A stretch of 64,000 nt of DNA from Thecamonas trahens ATCC 50062 (Eukaryota > Protista > Apusomonadida): contig NW_013657670.1 of NCBI RefSeq assembly GCF_000142905.1, positions 514,411 to 578,410 of the forward strand, given 5' to 3'. Below are positions 34,556 through 46,133 of this stretch, piece by piece; within the stretch, counting starts at the first letter, position 1; every line of letters begins with the position of its first letter. The position numbers and the translations under genes were made by a program. A model generated the notes under the pieces. The model made no database searches. It had not been told where the DNA came from and saw only the letters and a list, made by a program, of their open reading frames with translations.

Positions 34556-34647
34556 GGATGATAAACGCGATGCGCTGCGGTGCGCTGATAGCAAATGGGG
34601 AAAAGGGCGGGGGGGGGGGGGGGTGTGCGCGTGTGTGCTTCATTGCC

Positions 34648-35345
34648 TCACATGCCTCTGTCGAGGGTATGGTAGCAGTAGGTGGCGTGGGCGGCGTGGA
34701 AAGTGGTGCGGAAGGTGTGATGGTGAGTGGGTGGCCGAGCGAGCGACGGGGGGGTAGGGGGGGAGCGGGCAAGGGACAGGGTGAGGTCGGTGACGAGGGA
34801 TAGAGGGAGAGGGAGGGGAAGCAGGGGCGAGGAAGTATGCCCCACACCATACACATGCAACTCGCAGAGTGTGCAGGTGGTGGTGGCTGTGGTGTACGTA
34901 CTGGCGCTTCATCTCCATGATCTCGGCGATACGCTTCTTGATGGGCTTGAAATGGATACGCCGGCGAGTCTCCTACTCTCGACACATATACACCGGTCGG
35001 AAGACCCCCCCATTCCGTGTACCACATGACATCATTCCCACAACCAACCCGACGAAACAGCGAACCAGCAGTGTGAGTATACCACCCAGAAGGGTGCTCT
35101 AGGTACCGCCCACACCCGACGGCGCGATCCTGGCGGCGATCACGGCGGCGATCAGCCCGTCGCCAGCAAAAGGCCGTCAACTCGCTACGTACCTTGAGGT
35201 CGTCCTGCCGCTTGCGCCACTTCTTGACATGGCGAGTGTTGCGGGCTGCTGCGGGGGTCAGCCCCTCACGCATGGCTTGCCGCGACCACAGAGCAACAGC
35301 AGCTCCGATCCGCCCACGCGACACATACATCCGGATGCCCGACAT
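34648..35345 (-). CDS. MRPS21: Probable mitochondrial ribosomal protein bS21m; complement(join(34648..34657,34902..34972,35193..35345))
   Basis: Two GTACGT...AG introns give the 77-aa basic protein MSGIRMYVSRGRIGAAVALWSRQAMREG...RHVKKWRKRQDDLKETRRRIHFKPIKKRIAEIMEMKRQGM, which fits the bS21 size and pattern. Confidence 0.65.
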
Positions 35346-35465
35346 GGTGGCCAGAGTTGAGTGAGCGGCCGGCGGTCGGCAGCCGACCGATCGATCGCAG
35401 CCGTCGGTGACTCGCGGTGGCCGACGCCGACGGGGAACACCACGGCTTGGGCACACGACTTGGTC

Positions 35466-36260
35466 ATGCTGAGGGCTTGCGTGGGGCAGAGGTGGAGTGC
35501 ATACATGTGGCAAGGGGGAGTGGGAGTTTCAGTGGCTGCAGTCCATGTGCCGGCGGGGCAGAGCCAGGGTGGGCGTGTGCCGGAGACCGAGGCGACGACG
35601 ACACGCAAGGGCAAGGCGCGGTACACACGGCAGTACTTTTATGAGATCGACTCATCGGGGAGAGTCTTCCTCGCCGATGCCAAGCACAAGAACTATGCCA
35701 CAGCATACAGGGATGTCACCTTTCTCAATGATCTCTTCACAAGACTCAAGGCCAACAAGACTGGCTTGTATGTCGATGATGGCTACGACTATGTCTCGCC
35801 CTGTGGACGGGAGCTCAACTTTGTGACCACAGAAGACATCACGCCGTATGTCTTCCATACTCTCCATCGCTTGCCGGGAGACAGTGCTGCTGCGCCTGGG
35901 GCTTGCGCTGCTGCGGCGGTCGAACCAGCGCATGGCACCGATGCTGATGGTGCCTGCGCAGCTGGTCGAGACGCTGCTCCTTTGGAAGCCGCCGATTGTG
36001 ACGACGATGGCGTGGACGTGCTGGTGTACGGCGCGGCCATGTACGTTCCGTTCCAGCCGGATGCGCTGTGGATCTCGGAAGCCGGTCGCATGTACCATCC
36101 CTCGCCAATGGATGGCGTGCCCGGGCTCGTCGGCGACAAGCTCACCATGGATCTCAACTGCGAAGTCATTGACGATCCCGCCGACGCCGTGGCGTTTATG
36201 TGGCGCGGCGAGCGCCACGTCGTTGCCCCTCACTGCCCCGACTCGCCCGTCTCGACGTAA
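35466..36260 (+). CDS. UPF0598 / C8orf82-like protein (DUF4505)
   Basis: RQYFYEIDSSGRVFLADAKHKNYATAYRD...YVSPCGRELNF...GRMYHP. Start uncertain. Confidence 0.85.
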   Translation: MLRACVGQRWSAYMWQGGVGVSVAAVHVPAGQSQGGRVPETEATTTRKGKARYTRQYFYEIDSSGRVFLADAKHKNYATAYRDVTFLNDLFTRLKANKTGLYVDDGYDYVSPCGRELNFVTTEDITPYVFHTLHRLPGDSAAAPGACAAAAVEPAHGTDADGACAAGRDAAPLEAADCDDDGVDVLVYGAAMYVPFQPDALWISEAGRMYHPSPMDGVPGLVGDKLTMDLNCEVIDDPADAVAFMWRGERHVVAPHCPDSPVST

Positions 36261-36369
36261 ACCGCTGCCGCCCTGCCCTGTTTTGCCGCCACCACCTCCC
36301 CCGGCTTGCCACTACCGCCACTGCCACCGCCACTGCCACCGCCACTGCTAGCCACTCCTCTTCGACAAG

Positions 36370-38226
36370 ATGGACCAAGCGGGAGCAAGAGGCAGCACGC
36401 ATGACAAGAGCACGGTCGTGGTAGAGGCGGCAGTACCAGCAGAGGACCAGGACCAGGACCAGGGCCACAACCAGAGCCTCTCGCTGTCGCACCGGCAGCT
36501 GGCCCAGCTGCCCGAGTTGAGCCATGTGGCGGCGAGCCTGACCTCGTTGGACCTCTCCTACAACTCGCTCACATCGCTGCAAGGACTTGATTGCCTGGCA
36601 TCGCTGACATGGCTGGACGGATCCCACAATGCGCTGACGGAGATGCCTCTGTTGCCATTGGCATCGGGATTGACAGCCCTCAACTACGCACACAACTATC
36701 TTGCTCATGTGGCAGCTTTGGACGCGCTGCCGGCGTTGGCCATGTTGGATCTCTCCCACAATCTCATCGCTTCGCTCCCGGCACTCCGGCCTCTCTCGCT
36801 CAACACGGCACTCACTCATCTCGACATCAGAGACAATCCCGTGACGCACTCGCGTCGCGGTCTTCGTTTCCACATCCTCAACTGGCTCCCCTCGCTCTCG
36901 CATCTCAACGGCTCGAGGACTCGCGCCGCTATCCACACTCGCGCCCATGAGGCTGCAGTGGCACAGCGGCTCCAATCCTCGCCAACACCGTCACGTCGCA
37001 CGGCCCGATCTCTCCGCTCGGCGCGCCCGGCTTTACGCCCGTGCCGCGACAGTGCGCTGGAGGAGCTGGATGCGCTGCTGGCTGTCGAGGGTGTCGATCC
37101 GCGGGAGCTTCTCGACTCGCTGAGGGGTAGCCCCGCAGGCAAATCGCTGTCATCGGCGTCGTTGCCGTTGCCGTCGCCATCGCCACGCCCGCGACGTGCT
37201 CGCGCAGGCGCTGCCGCTCGGGCGCGGGCGAGAGTTTCGTCGACGCCTCGGCGGGCGCGCCAGGCGGCGACTCCGCGGCTGCGGTCGGAGCCGCGGCCGC
37301 GACCAGCCCGCGAGCGCGTCACTGCCAGCCACGCGAGTCCGTCGCGGCGGTCGCTCCGCGGAAGGAGCAAGGCTCGCAACCGGCCGCTTTCGGAGCGCAA
37401 GGCCCGGATTGCGGCGTACGACGCGGCGCGACGGGCCGGACTGGGGGCGTCGCCGGGAGGGATGGGCGGCGGCGGCCCCACCGGCGACTCGCCGCTCCGC
37501 GCCAGCGAGCTCCGGACGTCGGTCCAGGACCGGCTCGACGCACTCTCGCGTGAGCTAGAGGCGTCGTCCTCGGCTCGAAAGTCGCGGCAGGCCAAGCTCC
37601 GGCACGAGCTCGAGCGCGAGGCTGACCACTTGGCAGTCGTCGAGTCAGCGCTTGCGGCAAACGCGCCGATTCCGGCGGGCGGAGCCCGGCACTTTGGCGA
37701 AGGAGACGACGACGGTGTCTCGTCGGCACTGCTCGGCGCGTTCCTCTTTTACATCGACGAGCTCTGGTTTACAGCCCGCCTTGCCGTGGTGGTCCTCATC
37801 CGGCTCGGCGGGGCGCTGCCGGCGGCGCTGCGCGCAGTTGTGCGGTCGGGCCGGTTGACCCGGCCGTGCGACCCGCCGGCGGCGCTGCGCGGACACTGGG
37901 GCTCGCCGGGCGCGCTCCGCAAGTGGCCGAAACTCAAGGCGGCGCAGACGGCGTGGATGGAGACGCAGTACACACGGACTATGTTCCACACGCTGTACGG
38001 ATACGCCGAGGCTGGCGCGACCAAGCCGTTCCTGACATACGCGGCCTCGCTGCTGCAGGCCGGCACGCTCACTGCGGACCGGGCGCCGGACGAGGGCTCG
38101 GACCCGTTGTTCGCCACCACCGATGAGGGCCTAGGCCTGCTCGAGGAGGAAGAGTACACGCGGTCGCTGTTGTGGTACATTGTCGAAAGCGGACGCGCGG
38201 CAACATCCGAGTCTATCGGCGCTTGA
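36370..38226 (+). CDS. SDS22-like leucine-rich repeat protein
   Basis: About 5-6 LxxLxLSxNxL repeats and an LRR cap (NPV...LPSLSHLNG), then basic low-complexity and coiled-coil regions. Confidence 0.8.
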   Translation: MDQAGARGSTHDKSTVVVEAAVPAEDQDQDQGHNQSLSLSHRQLAQLPELSHVAASLTSLDLSYNSLTSLQGLDCLASLTWLDGSHNALTEMPLLPLASGLTALNYAHNYLAHVAALDALPALAMLDLSHNLIASLPALRPLSLNTALTHLDIRDNPVTHSRRGLRFHILNWLPSLSHLNGSRTRAAIHTRAHEAAVAQRLQSSPTPSRRTARSLRSARPALRPCRDSALEELDALLAVEGVDPRELLDSLRGSPAGKSLSSASLPLPSPSPRPRRARAGAAARARARVSSTPRRARQAATPRLRSEPRPRPARERVTASHASPSRRSLRGRSKARNRPLSERKARIAAYDAARRAGLGASPGGMGGGGPTGDSPLRASELRTSVQDRLDALSRELEASSSARKSRQAKLRHELEREADHLAVVESALAANAPIPAGGARHFGEGDDDGVSSALLGAFLFYIDELWFTARLAVVVLIRLGGALPAALRAVVRSGRLTRPCDPPAALRGHWGSPGALRKWPKLKAAQTAWMETQYTRTMFHTLYGYAEAGATKPFLTYAASLLQAGTLTADRAPDEGSDPLFATTDEGLGLLEEEEYTRSLLWYIVESGRAATSESIGA

Positions 38227-41200
38227 ACCGCTTACTCGGCTCGTGCCGCACATCGTCGCGCCCGCGCCGGCGCTTGCCGCGGTTGCGTGGACGGCCTCGG
38301 CCTCGTCCTCGGCCTTGACCTCGGCGGGCAGGCGGCCGCTGCGGCTGCAGCGGCTGCAGTGGCGGCGGGCCGGGCGGCGGGCCGGGCGGCGGGCCGGGCG
38401 GCGGGCCGGGCGGCGGGCCGGGCGGGAGCGGCGGGCGAACGTACGGCTGTTGGTAGGCCTGATGGGAGCGGTAGGCTTCCGACGCAGACGATGATGCCGG
38501 TGGCGGTGGCGGCTGCGACCGCATTGGCGGGTGTTGCGGCATGGTCATGCGATGGGGATGGCGGACGTGGAGAGACGAGCGCCCGGCGACGATGGCCCTG
38601 CTGGTGTGGACCCGCATCGAGTCGGCTGGCGCAGAGCGGAGCGAGCTGCAGAGGGCGGCGGCGAGGTCGGTCGAGTTGCAGACGAGACCGCGCGAGGCGG
38701 CGTCGTTGAGGAGCTCGTTCCAAGCGAGGTCGTTGCGGAGAGAGGCGACGTTGCAGACCACAATGTGGACGAGGCGGGCTCGGGTAAGGGCGACGTTCAT
38801 GCGACGGACGTCGGCGAGGAAGCCGACCGAGGTGGAGGAGGCGCGGACGGTGGAGAGGAGGACAATGTCTGCCTCGCGGCCCTGGAACGAGTCGACGGTG
38901 CAGACCGGGACGACGATGCCGGCACGGCGGAGGTGGTGCTCGAGCTCGCGTGCCTGGCCGCGGTACGGGGTGATGACAGCGATGCGGAGAGAGATGCGGC
39001 AGCGGGAAAGGCGGTTGTGGATTTCGACGGCGAGGGCGACAACGGCGGCGGCCTCGGCTGGATTGACTGTCGACCGCCCGCGGCGGTTGTGCTCGCGCGA
39101 GTGCGGCACGTTGACTACCATGTACGGCGAGAGGTTGGCGGCGGTGTAGACCGGGTGCGGGTCGAGGGTGGCGGCGGCAACCGAGACACCCTCCATCAGC
39201 TGCGAGTCGTAGAAAAAGTGCGAGGGGAACTGGCGGATCTCCGGGTGGAAACGGTACTGGGTCTGCAGCGTGATGGCAAAGACGCCAGCGTCCTTGAGTC
39301 GGGTAAACAGCGGCGCGTGGTAGTTGGCCTGCTCGGCGACCTTGGAGAGGACTGTGGCTGGCAACTGGCACGGGTCGCCGACGAGCCAGAGCGTGTCGGC
39401 ACCGCGGGCGAGCGGGATGAGGGTCGACGGCTCGACCGCCTGCGCGGCCTCGTCGATGACCACGTACGGGAAGTTGAGCTTGGAGAGGATGGAGAGCGCG
39501 GACGACGAGAGGGTGCAAAGGACCACGTCGGCAACCTCGAGAATGCGCTGCTCGACGGCGTTGACGCGCGTGTTGAGCGAGCGCTGAAGGTCGGCAATCT
39601 CGTGAGAGACCCGCTCGCGCTCAGTGTCGATGCGGGAGAAGCGGGCGGCGGAGCCGGCGCCGCGCGAGGCGGCGGCGGCGGCGGTGACGACCACGGATTC
39701 TTGTTGGAGGGCGACGAGCTTATCGCGGAGTGAGTTGAGGCGGGCGGTGATGGCGGCGTGGGTGGACTTGACTCGGTTTGCGTGGGCTCGGACGAGGGCA
39801 TCGAGCGAGTACGCGTTTGCGGTCTTGCTGGTTCCGCGCGAGGCGCTGCCGACGCGGACGATGCACGGGCGGACGGTGGCGGCGCGGACGGCGGCAGTGA
39901 CGGCGGCGGCGCCGCCGGGGCCGTTCAGCACCTCGTCCATGTTGTCGAGCGGAACGGACCAGTCGATGAGGCCGTGCGTAGCGATGCGGGTGATGAGCTC
40001 GTCGACGGCACCGTTTGACGGCGCGCAGACGAGGAGCGGGTACGACCCGCCCTCGCGCGAGAAGCGCATCGAGGTTGAGCCGTGCGGAAAGAGAGCCTCA
40101 ACCATCGGCTGCAGCATGACATTAGTGGTCGAGCCCGGCGAGGCAGTCGCGGCTGGCAGCGACTCAACACCCATGATGTTGAGATGGCTATTGGCGAGGC
40201 GGGAGGTGCGCGAGACCGACTTACCCAGGCCGCGCCGGCCTCCGCCACCCGACTTGGAGAAGATCCGCGAGCGAAGAAGAAGCGAGAGGCCGCCGAGAAT
40301 GGTGGAAGACTTGCCGGTGCCTGGTGGGCCGTGGAGAAGGTGGATGCCGCGGAGGTGTGTTGCGGCGTGGAGCGCCTCGCACTGCTTGTCGTTGAGGGCG
40401 CAGCGCATGAAACGCAGGCGTGGGAGGGCAAACGCGTCGCCGAGGCTCGGCGCGGTGCTGTCGATCCAGCGCGCGAGCATGTCTTGCGGCTTTGGATTCG
40501 GGTGGATGATGTTGGGTCGGAGGCCAATGGACGAGAGATTGGCAATGGCGGTGCACTCGCGGCGAGCGGTGATGAGCGAGACGACTCGCGTGACAAAGAC
40601 GTTGCGCTTAGCCAGGCCGCGGACAAACTCGAGCCGGTTCGAGTTACGACTGAGGCTGTAGCTGATGGTGTACATGCCGTCGTTGGTCTGGCCCCTGGTG
40701 ATGGCGAGGACGTGTGGATTGTCCTTCGCGAGGCTCGCCTTGGTGTGAACCACAACAAGCGACTGGTTGCGAAAGGTGTCGGCGGCGATGTCTGTCGCGC
40801 TGCGGACGGCAAGGCGCATTGTGCCCGACGACGGTGACGTCGGATTGAGGTCAAGGACGCGGGCTCCAATTGACGACGGAAAGCCGTCGTCGCGGGCAGA
40901 CTCGATGGCAGCGCAGGTCTCGGCGAGCACCATGGGAAAAAAGATGTTGCCGTACGAAGTGACGCTGTTAAACTTCTTGGGCACCGACTTGAGAAGCTCG
41001 CGCCAGTACGAGTTGCCCGGGAGGACAAACAAGTTCCATCCGAGGACAACGGCATCAAACTGGCCGAGAAAGTCGGGCGTCCGGGTTGTCGGCGCGCCAG
41101 ACGCATGCGACGGCCGCCGAGTCGACTTGATCTCAATCGGTCCTGACGACGATGATGACGACGTTCCGGCCGTCGACGACCGTGGCGGTGGCACAAATTG

Positions 41201-44200
41201 CGAGGTCCGTGCCACAGCCTGCCCACGGCCGCCGGCTCGCGGCCTTGTCGAAGCCCGCACCTGTTCCGGCGGCAGTTCGGAGAACGAGAGCTGCTTTGTC
41301 GCCTTCCGCTGTTTGGGCAGAGTTACGTCCTTGACTGCCTCGATGACCTCGGGCAAGTCCCATGCGTTGATGCGCTTGGCAGGACGAGCCTCGGGTTGTG
41401 TTGTCGCGACGGGAGGCGCGTGAGCCGGTGCGGGGGCTGGCGTCGTTTTGGATCGAGGTGGGCGGTAAAGTGGCAGCGCCGAGATGGGAACATCATCGTC
41501 GTCGTCATTGTCATTGCCGCCGTCGTCTTCAGCAGGTGGAGCAACGTCGTTGGAGCCGTTGTCAAGCGCAGAGGTGGCGGAACCACCGCCATCGTCTTCA
41601 TCGCCCCCGCTACTCCTGTTGTCGTTGTCGGAGGCCGTCGACTCGTCGCTCGAGCCAGCCTCGATCATGGCAGCGCGAGCGACAATGGCACTGTGACGCT
41701 CGGCTGAAGAGAGGGCGGCGTCGCGAGGGACAGCGCGGAGGGTGACCACCTCGAGGTCGTGGTCGGTGAGGCCGATACCCTGGTCCTCGGGCAGGGCAGC
41801 GCAGGCGGGGCCCGAAAGGGCGCTGCCCTCGCCGGTGACGCTGCGGACGGCAGAAAAGGATGGCAGTGCGTTGTCGAGCGCGGCGTTGTCGGCTGTAGAG
41901 TTGGCGCGGCGCAGAAGGTTGGCAAGCCGCTTGGCGGCGCGCGGGTCGGCGGCGGTGACGATGGCGACGACCCGCTCCGGGAGCGGTGGCCTGTGTTGAA
42001 CGAGGCAGTCCAGGATGAGGTCCTTGACGGCGCGCCAGAGCGGGCGCAGCCGAATGTGGGTCTCGACAACCGGCTTCCACGCCAAAAGCGAGCAAAGAAC
42101 GACCGGCAGCGAAACGAGAAAGGCGGGCGGCGGCGCTGGCATCGAGGTGAGGCGCCTGCAGATGGGATGAAGACACTGGAAAAAGACAAGCACCTGTGGC
42201 TCGAGATGAATCGAGCTGGGGCGCTCGTGGTCAATGGCGGCCGACGCGAGAACCGAGGCGGCAAGCTGCCAAACGGCGACAATGCCGGCGTCGTTGACGT
42301 CTGTGTGGGCTGATGTGAGGGTGGTAAAGGCATGCCGGTAGACTGAAAAGTGGATGGCATGGGTGCGGATGACGGTAGCGAGGTGAGCCCAGCCAGCAGA
42401 GAGCGCGTCACGGAGTTGATGGTCGGCAGCGGCCCGGTGGAGTGTCGCAGCAGCAGCAGCAGGATCAGTAGCGCCGCCAGAGAGGCGGAGCGCGGTGGCA
42501 CGGATGCCGGCGTGGCGCGAGACGAGGAGGAAGGGCATGGCGCGGGCAAGCGACGGCGAGGTGAGGACGGCGAATCGGCCCGAGGCATCGTTGACGGGCA
42601 TGCGACTGAGGAGGCTCTCCATGTACTGGGTAGCCGAGTTGAAGGCGTCGGCGAGAGCGAGGTCGCTCTTGTCAGGCGGGAGCGCAATGACGGCGAGTGG
42701 CGCAAGAGCGAGGATCATGCTGCCGTGCATGTGCGACGGCGGCTGGACGGGACAGTCTGGCGACCAAGGAAAGAGAGCGCTGGAGTGTGCGGTACGACCG
42801 GGCGGCGGGGTGGCGAGCTCACAGCTTCGCCACGGTAGCTCCGCAAGAGCAGTGGCGGCCGCGGCAAGATGTGCAAGCTCGCACCGGAGGGCAGCAGTGA
42901 GGAGCGAGAGTGCATCGGGCGGGCAAATAGTGAGCGGCACGATGGTGGTCGGCTCAGTGCCGGCCACCGCGTGCCAGGCAGCAAAGGCGAGCTTCTTGTC
43001 GATGTCGCTCCATCCCCGGAGTGGCTCGAGACGTGGCGAGTCGTATGTAGTGCATACAATAAAGACTGCGGTAGACGCCGCAGCGTCGGCGAGATGGCGG
43101 CGATGGCGGTGCGAAGCAGGCGAGGCAAAGTCAAAGAGGAGGCGAACAAGGTGGGCGAGGAAGCATGTGATGGGCGAGGGAGCGGAGAGCGCCGAGCTGG
43201 AGGTCTCGACCCGCGACGACCACACAATCCACTGGGCAACAACCGAGTCGCGGCCAACGCCTGCGAGCGAGAGCACAACAAGGCGAAGAGCGTCGATGAG
43301 TTCGAGCGATGGAGCAATGTCGAGGTACGCGGCAAAGGTGGTTGGATCGAGCACGTCCTGCGACTCCCAGAACGCGGCGCGGAGGTGGTCGAGGAAAATG
43401 ACAACGAGCCGGAGGAGGCGCGAGCGCGAGCGGCGGTCGGCGTCGCCACCGTGGCCGGTCGCGCCCTTGACCAGAGGCAGTACGTTCGCCTGGAAGAGCT
43501 CGGCGAGGCGCGGAACTAGGCGCGGGAGCAGGACGGAGAGGACGCCGATGGCAGCGGTGGAGCAGGCTTCGAGGAGGACAACAAGCGCGTCGTAGAGGAC
43601 GTCGTGGGCGAGCGCCGGACGGAACGAGCGCGGCAGGTTCGAGTCGAGCGGGACCGACGGGGTGACGGGGTCGAGGAGCGCGAGAATGTATTCGAGGACC
43701 GGCGCGAGGCTGGCGGCGTCGAGCGAGGTGACAGACTCGTTTGCCTTGGCCTCACCCGGGGTGACAACGTGAAAGTCGGCGAGGAGGTCCTTGACCATGG
43801 CCCGCAGCTCGGCGTGGGCAGCGGTGAGAAGGAGGATGAGCCCGGTGAGCGGGACGTGGAGCAGCGGGCCGAGGCGGAGTGCGTTCCGCTGGACAGCGGC
43901 CAGGTCCGAGACAGCCGAGCTGCTTGCGGCATCCCAGGTCTGCGGCGGGTGAACCATGATGGGAAAGCTGCGCCAGCGACGGAGCATGTGGCTTGCCTGC
44001 GGCGTGGCCTGCAGCGTGGCTGTCACCGCCACCACCATCCGCGGCGAGGCATCGAGCAGGGCGGGCGATTGAGGACGGCAAAGAGATGGGCGTCGCTGAG
44101 AACGACCTTGCTGGCGTTATCCGGCACGCTTTTCCGCAGCCGGGCACAGTGCATGGCATCAAAGGCATCGTCGTAGTCGGCACGGTGCATGGCTGTGTAG

Positions 44201-44714
44201 ACTGCGAGTTTGGGTGGGTGGGTGGGGGTGGGGGGGGGAGGGCGGGTGAGTGGGTGGCGGACAAAAAAGGTCGCAGTTTGGAGCAGCAGGAAGGATAGGG
44301 CACACAGCGGGAGGGTGCCGCGCAGGCGGGCCGGGAGAGGACGAGGGCGAAAGGGAAAGAGAGAGAGAGGAGGTATGAGGGCTTCCATGGCGTACCTTGG
44401 AAGTGTGCATGGACACACTTGGTACAGTGGTCAAGCGAGGCGTCTGAGGCAGCAAGGATGGCTGCGAGCGGGGGGGACAGGGGGTGGACGGGTGATGGTG
44501 AGGAGGAGGCGGCGGCGAGGTGTGCGGCGAGCCAAGGCATCCAGACCATGGGCGAGGAGCACCAGACATGTGATGGAAAGCGGGCGATGGTCGATTGAAG
44601 AGTAGGGAGGTACTCGCTCCAGAATGACTCTTCTATCGATGGTAGTGTGCGTGAGCCGGCGTCGATGGCGGCCGCGGCGGTCGAGCATGCAGCGGCGGTA
44701 GCCGCCAGCGCCAT
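38213..44714 (-). CDS. SEN1: Sen1/senataxin-like SF1 (Upf1-like) helicase; complement(join(38213..44201,44396..44714)), frameshift near 44064
   Basis: GPPGTGKS, LVCAPSNGAVDE, IDEAAQ, LVGDPCQLP, LQTQYRFHP, TVDSFQGRE and RRMNVALTRAR. Exon 1 HVWC...CTKC resembles the Sen1 N-domain. The intron is GTACGC...CAG in phase 1. PPPG repeats at the C-terminus. Confidence 0.85.
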
Positions 44715-44840
44715 GCCAACCGAGAGGAGTGTGCCGAGGATGGAATGCAGAGATCCAACAGAGATGGGTCGAGTTTACGAGAGTCGCGATGTGGGTGAGG
44801 CGGGAGGGAGGGGGACATGGAGAGCAGCGGAGGGCGGCGG

Positions 44841-45768
44841 TTACTTCTTCTTGATCCACTTGAAGTAGATGATGGTGAAGATGGTTCCGAGGATGAGGAG
44901 GACGATGACGCCGGTGATGATCTTGGTGGTGACGAGGCGGCGGTTCTGTGGGCGCGATGTGTGGGGTGAGTGCGGGGCGGAGGAGGGGGAGGGGGGGAGG
45001 GGGGTAGTGGGTGCGGCAACGGACGTACCATGGTGCGGACAAGCTTGTGGCCGCGCGAGACGTTGTCGTCTGCGATGTAGAGGTTGCGGTCGGCGCGCTC
45101 GATGATCTCACGCTGCTGATGGAGCTCGGAGAGAGTGTTGGCGCCGATCTCTTCGGACTCGAGAGCGAGGCGCTGGGCGTTGGAGAGGCGGTTGGACGTC
45201 TCCTCGAGGCGGCGCTTGCCATCCAGGATGCGCTGGCGCTGGGCAATCTCGCGGGTAGACATGATAGCACCGCCGCCGGTGCCGAGCGAGGCAGCGCCCG
45301 CACCAGGCGCGGCACCGGCCATGAGCTCGTCGCGGGAAGCCTGGGCGGAAGTCTGCGAGCCGATGCGGCGCATGTCGCGCTTGAGCACGGTGAGATCAGC
45401 CTGGTACTTGCGCAGCCGCGGGGTGAGCTTGTTCTTTGACGCCGGCGGTAGCGAGCGGATCTCCAGCTCCATCTGCCGCAGCTGTTGGTTGGCTCGGCAT
45501 CACATGCGCGTGCGGAATTTGGTGAGTGCGAGTGGTGTGTGCGAGGCAGGGGAGGGGGAGGGGGGGGGGAGGAGGGGAGTGCGCGTACAATGTTGTTGGC
45601 AGCGCTGAAGGCTCGCTCCACGCCAGCCATGGTGGCCTTTCGTTGCTCTGTGGGTCGGGGTGTGTGGTGAGAGGGGGTTAGGAGTTGGTGGCGGGGAGGG
45701 AGGGTGGACATGGGGAGGGGGGGGGAGGGAGGGGGGAAAGGGGGATGTAGGTGTATGTCTGTGCGCGC

Positions 45769-45807
<39 letters not shown>

Positions 45808-46026
45808 NNNNNNNNNNNNNNNNNNNNNNNNNNNNNNNNNNNNNNNNNNNNNNNNNNNNNNNNNNNNNNNNNNNNNNNNNNNNNNNNNNNNNNNNNNNNN
45901 NNNNNNNTGACATGGGAGGGGGGGGACGATACCGCCAGACTGGCTCCGGACCTCGGATAGGAGGTTGGAGATGGTCTTCGACTGGGCCATGTACTCGGAC
46001 TCATAGTTCTCGAAGAGGGCCGACAT
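44841..46026 (-). CDS. VTI1: Qb-SNARE VTI1; exons 46026-45933, 45647-45589, 45481-45029, 44945-44841
   Basis: MSALFENYESEY, LRQMELEIRSLP, SNARE motif ALESEEIGANTLSELHQQREII and a C-terminal TM anchor. Splice phases are consistent. Confidence 0.9.
45808..45907. other. Assembly gap (100 N) inside VTI1 intron 1, next to a (GT)n microsatellite
   Basis: Run of N. Confidence 1.
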
Positions 46027-46133
46027 GGTGGTGGTTGACGCGGGTCGAGAAGAGTGGCCAATGGCTGGTTGGAGGTGGGCTTGGCGGCTGGCTGGCGAGT
46101 GTGCCAGCAATTTACAGTTAGCGCTGCGTGGGG

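Noticed and set aside
38213-44714. SF1 helicase as Armitage/MOV10, forming a piRNA gene cluster with the Spn-E-like gene
   Set aside because: The N-terminal domain and motifs (SLITARRECTAI, FFPMVLAE, VGFLADVRRMNVALTRAR) fit Sen1/senataxin, and unrelated housekeeping genes lie between the two.
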